A stretch of DNA of 62,393 nucleotides, the filler included, from Syncephalis fuscata S228 (Eukaryota > Fungi > Zoopagomycota): NCBI GenBank assembly GCA_025786725.1. It is 4 parts of 4 records of this genome, joined end to end, with 100 filler letters (N's around TTAATTAATTAA, not from the genome) between each part and the next. Parts side by side here need not be neighbours in the genome. Positions count along the whole stretch, not along the records: positions 51,632 to 62,393 come from JAHLTZ010000290.1; 3 more parts are not named here. One strand, 5' to 3'. Numbering within the stretch: the first letter of the stretch is position 1; each line of letters starts with the position of its first letter. This document shows positions 60,934-62,393 of the stretch, piece by piece. A model generated the notes under the pieces. That model was not told the origin of the DNA. It was given only the letters and a program-made list of their open reading frames with translations, and did not search any database. The position numbers and the translations under genes are program-made.

Positions 60934-62393
60934 ATGAGCCATCATTTATGGATGGAGGTTGTAGCCTCAAATCATTCACCGCCGCCATTATTAACCGTAT
61001 CATCTACAGCAACTGCACCGCCAACGACGACGACTTCTACTACAAACACTACACCACAAGCGGCTACAAGTCATAGTCAACAACATTATCGAGGTAGAAT
61101 ACGCTCTCCATTAAGAATGAATGTCAATCAACCAGGTACCTTTACACCTGCATCTACACCTACACACCTCCAACTACAACAATAACACCATCGACCGGTC
61201 AATCGATATCTACTGTTGTATCACGTCAGCTTATAGACTGACAGTGAATAGACGACCACATTCTAAATCATTTTCAAATGTTACAGATGTTATACGTCGG
61301 TCTTATACGCCTTCACCGCCACGCCTTCATCTTCATCATCCACTTCGCTATATATAGTAGATCAAGTACACGCCTATTGCTGTATCTACAAATGCTGCTT
61401 CAACTGGTCTACAACATCCACTTAGTCGGTCAATGCTCAATACTGCATCTACGAGTAGTAATGATACGTCTAATATACACAGATGTCATCTTCAGTAATG
61501 GCATCTAATAGGCATGGTCACGCTTACTCAAACACTCATACTAATATGAATGGTCATAATAACAGCAATATAAATGGATCTGCGCCATTAATACCGCAGC
61601 CTATGACACCATCTTCATCTAATAACAATAGTAACAACAATAACCATAACAGCAATAGTAATATAAACAGTAATATGTTACCAGTGACCACAGCCAATAA
61701 AGTAGTAAAAACAGCAGCAGCAGCAACAACAACAACACCAGTAACAGTGTTCCATATCATCATGGACATAAATTATCCAATGGATCTACTGCTGTACACC
61801 AAACAAGCCATAGTAGGAATCCTAGTGGCAGTCACAGTAGTACAATGAGTAATGGCAGTAATAGTCAACCACTTGGTACGCCATCTAGTTCACCGTTACG
61901 ACGACATTTACCTACACCGCCACCACAAAATACGACATTGGCCAATACTCATCATGATTCTATTAATAGCCATAATAACAATAGTATTAGTAGTAACAGT
62001 AACGGTCATGGTACTTTTACTCAACAACCGGTTATGATGCATTCATGTCCATCTCAGCCACCACCAGGTTTATCTCCACCTTCAGTTCTATTTCAACAAC
62101 AACAACAACAACAAGCACTATCCACGTGACTACAATACCTCCAAACCTTCAAGGTACTGATATAAATTCATCGGCATCTTCACCTCGTTATTATTACGCG
62201 TATCATACGGCACCGGTACCTACTGGCCATACGCATACTGGCAATAGTAATAATCATCATAATCATATGATGATGATGATGTCACAGGCTAATGTCAATC
62301 ATGGTCTAGTCAACCACAATTCAAATCATACTGGTTCTAGTACAAAACGGACTACTCAAATACACGCCCATCCCTCATCAACAATACATCCAC
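60934..62393 (+). CDS. N-terminal low-complexity (S/T/N/H/Q/P-rich) region of a probable regulatory protein, frameshifted, runs off the window
   Basis: Consecutive plus-strand ORFs (60934, 61483, 61845) with consistent AAC/AAT/CAA/CAT/AGT codon runs. No folded domain is visible within the window. Confidence 0.5.

Overview
Eukaryotic, AT-rich, intron-dense fungal genomic DNA. Short 45-110 nt introns, the gene repertoire and the signal-peptide kinase-like genes point to an early-diverging fungus, most likely a Syncephalis-like zoopagomycete mycoparasite (inference). The window is four pieces joined by artificial 100-nt linkers (N44-TTAATTAATTAA-N44 at 15704, 39371 and 51532), so synteny across those points cannot be trusted. 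Conserved genes: secreted M28 leucine aminopeptidase, MPC1, UBP8/USP22, BEM46/ABHD13, dynactin p150, TRS85/TRAPPC8, UTP22/NOL6, CDC23, STR2, isoaspartyl peptidase/asparaginase, ICP55 and ceramide synthase. Several carry single-base homopolymer frameshifts that look like long-read errors. The main finding is an apparently non-coding 83-bp tandem array (about 43240-44760). On the minus strand it reads as 19 repeats of [intron + 3-nt micro-exon], sitting between a signal-peptide exon and a transmembrane exon. This resembles a micro-exon gene that could generate surface-protein variants one codon at a time. Also notable: three members of a secreted pseudokinase family with shared exon structure, a U12-type intron in TRAPPC8, several GC-AG introns, two orphan 7TM proteins, a hidden GPI-like surface gene and a long inverted repeat.
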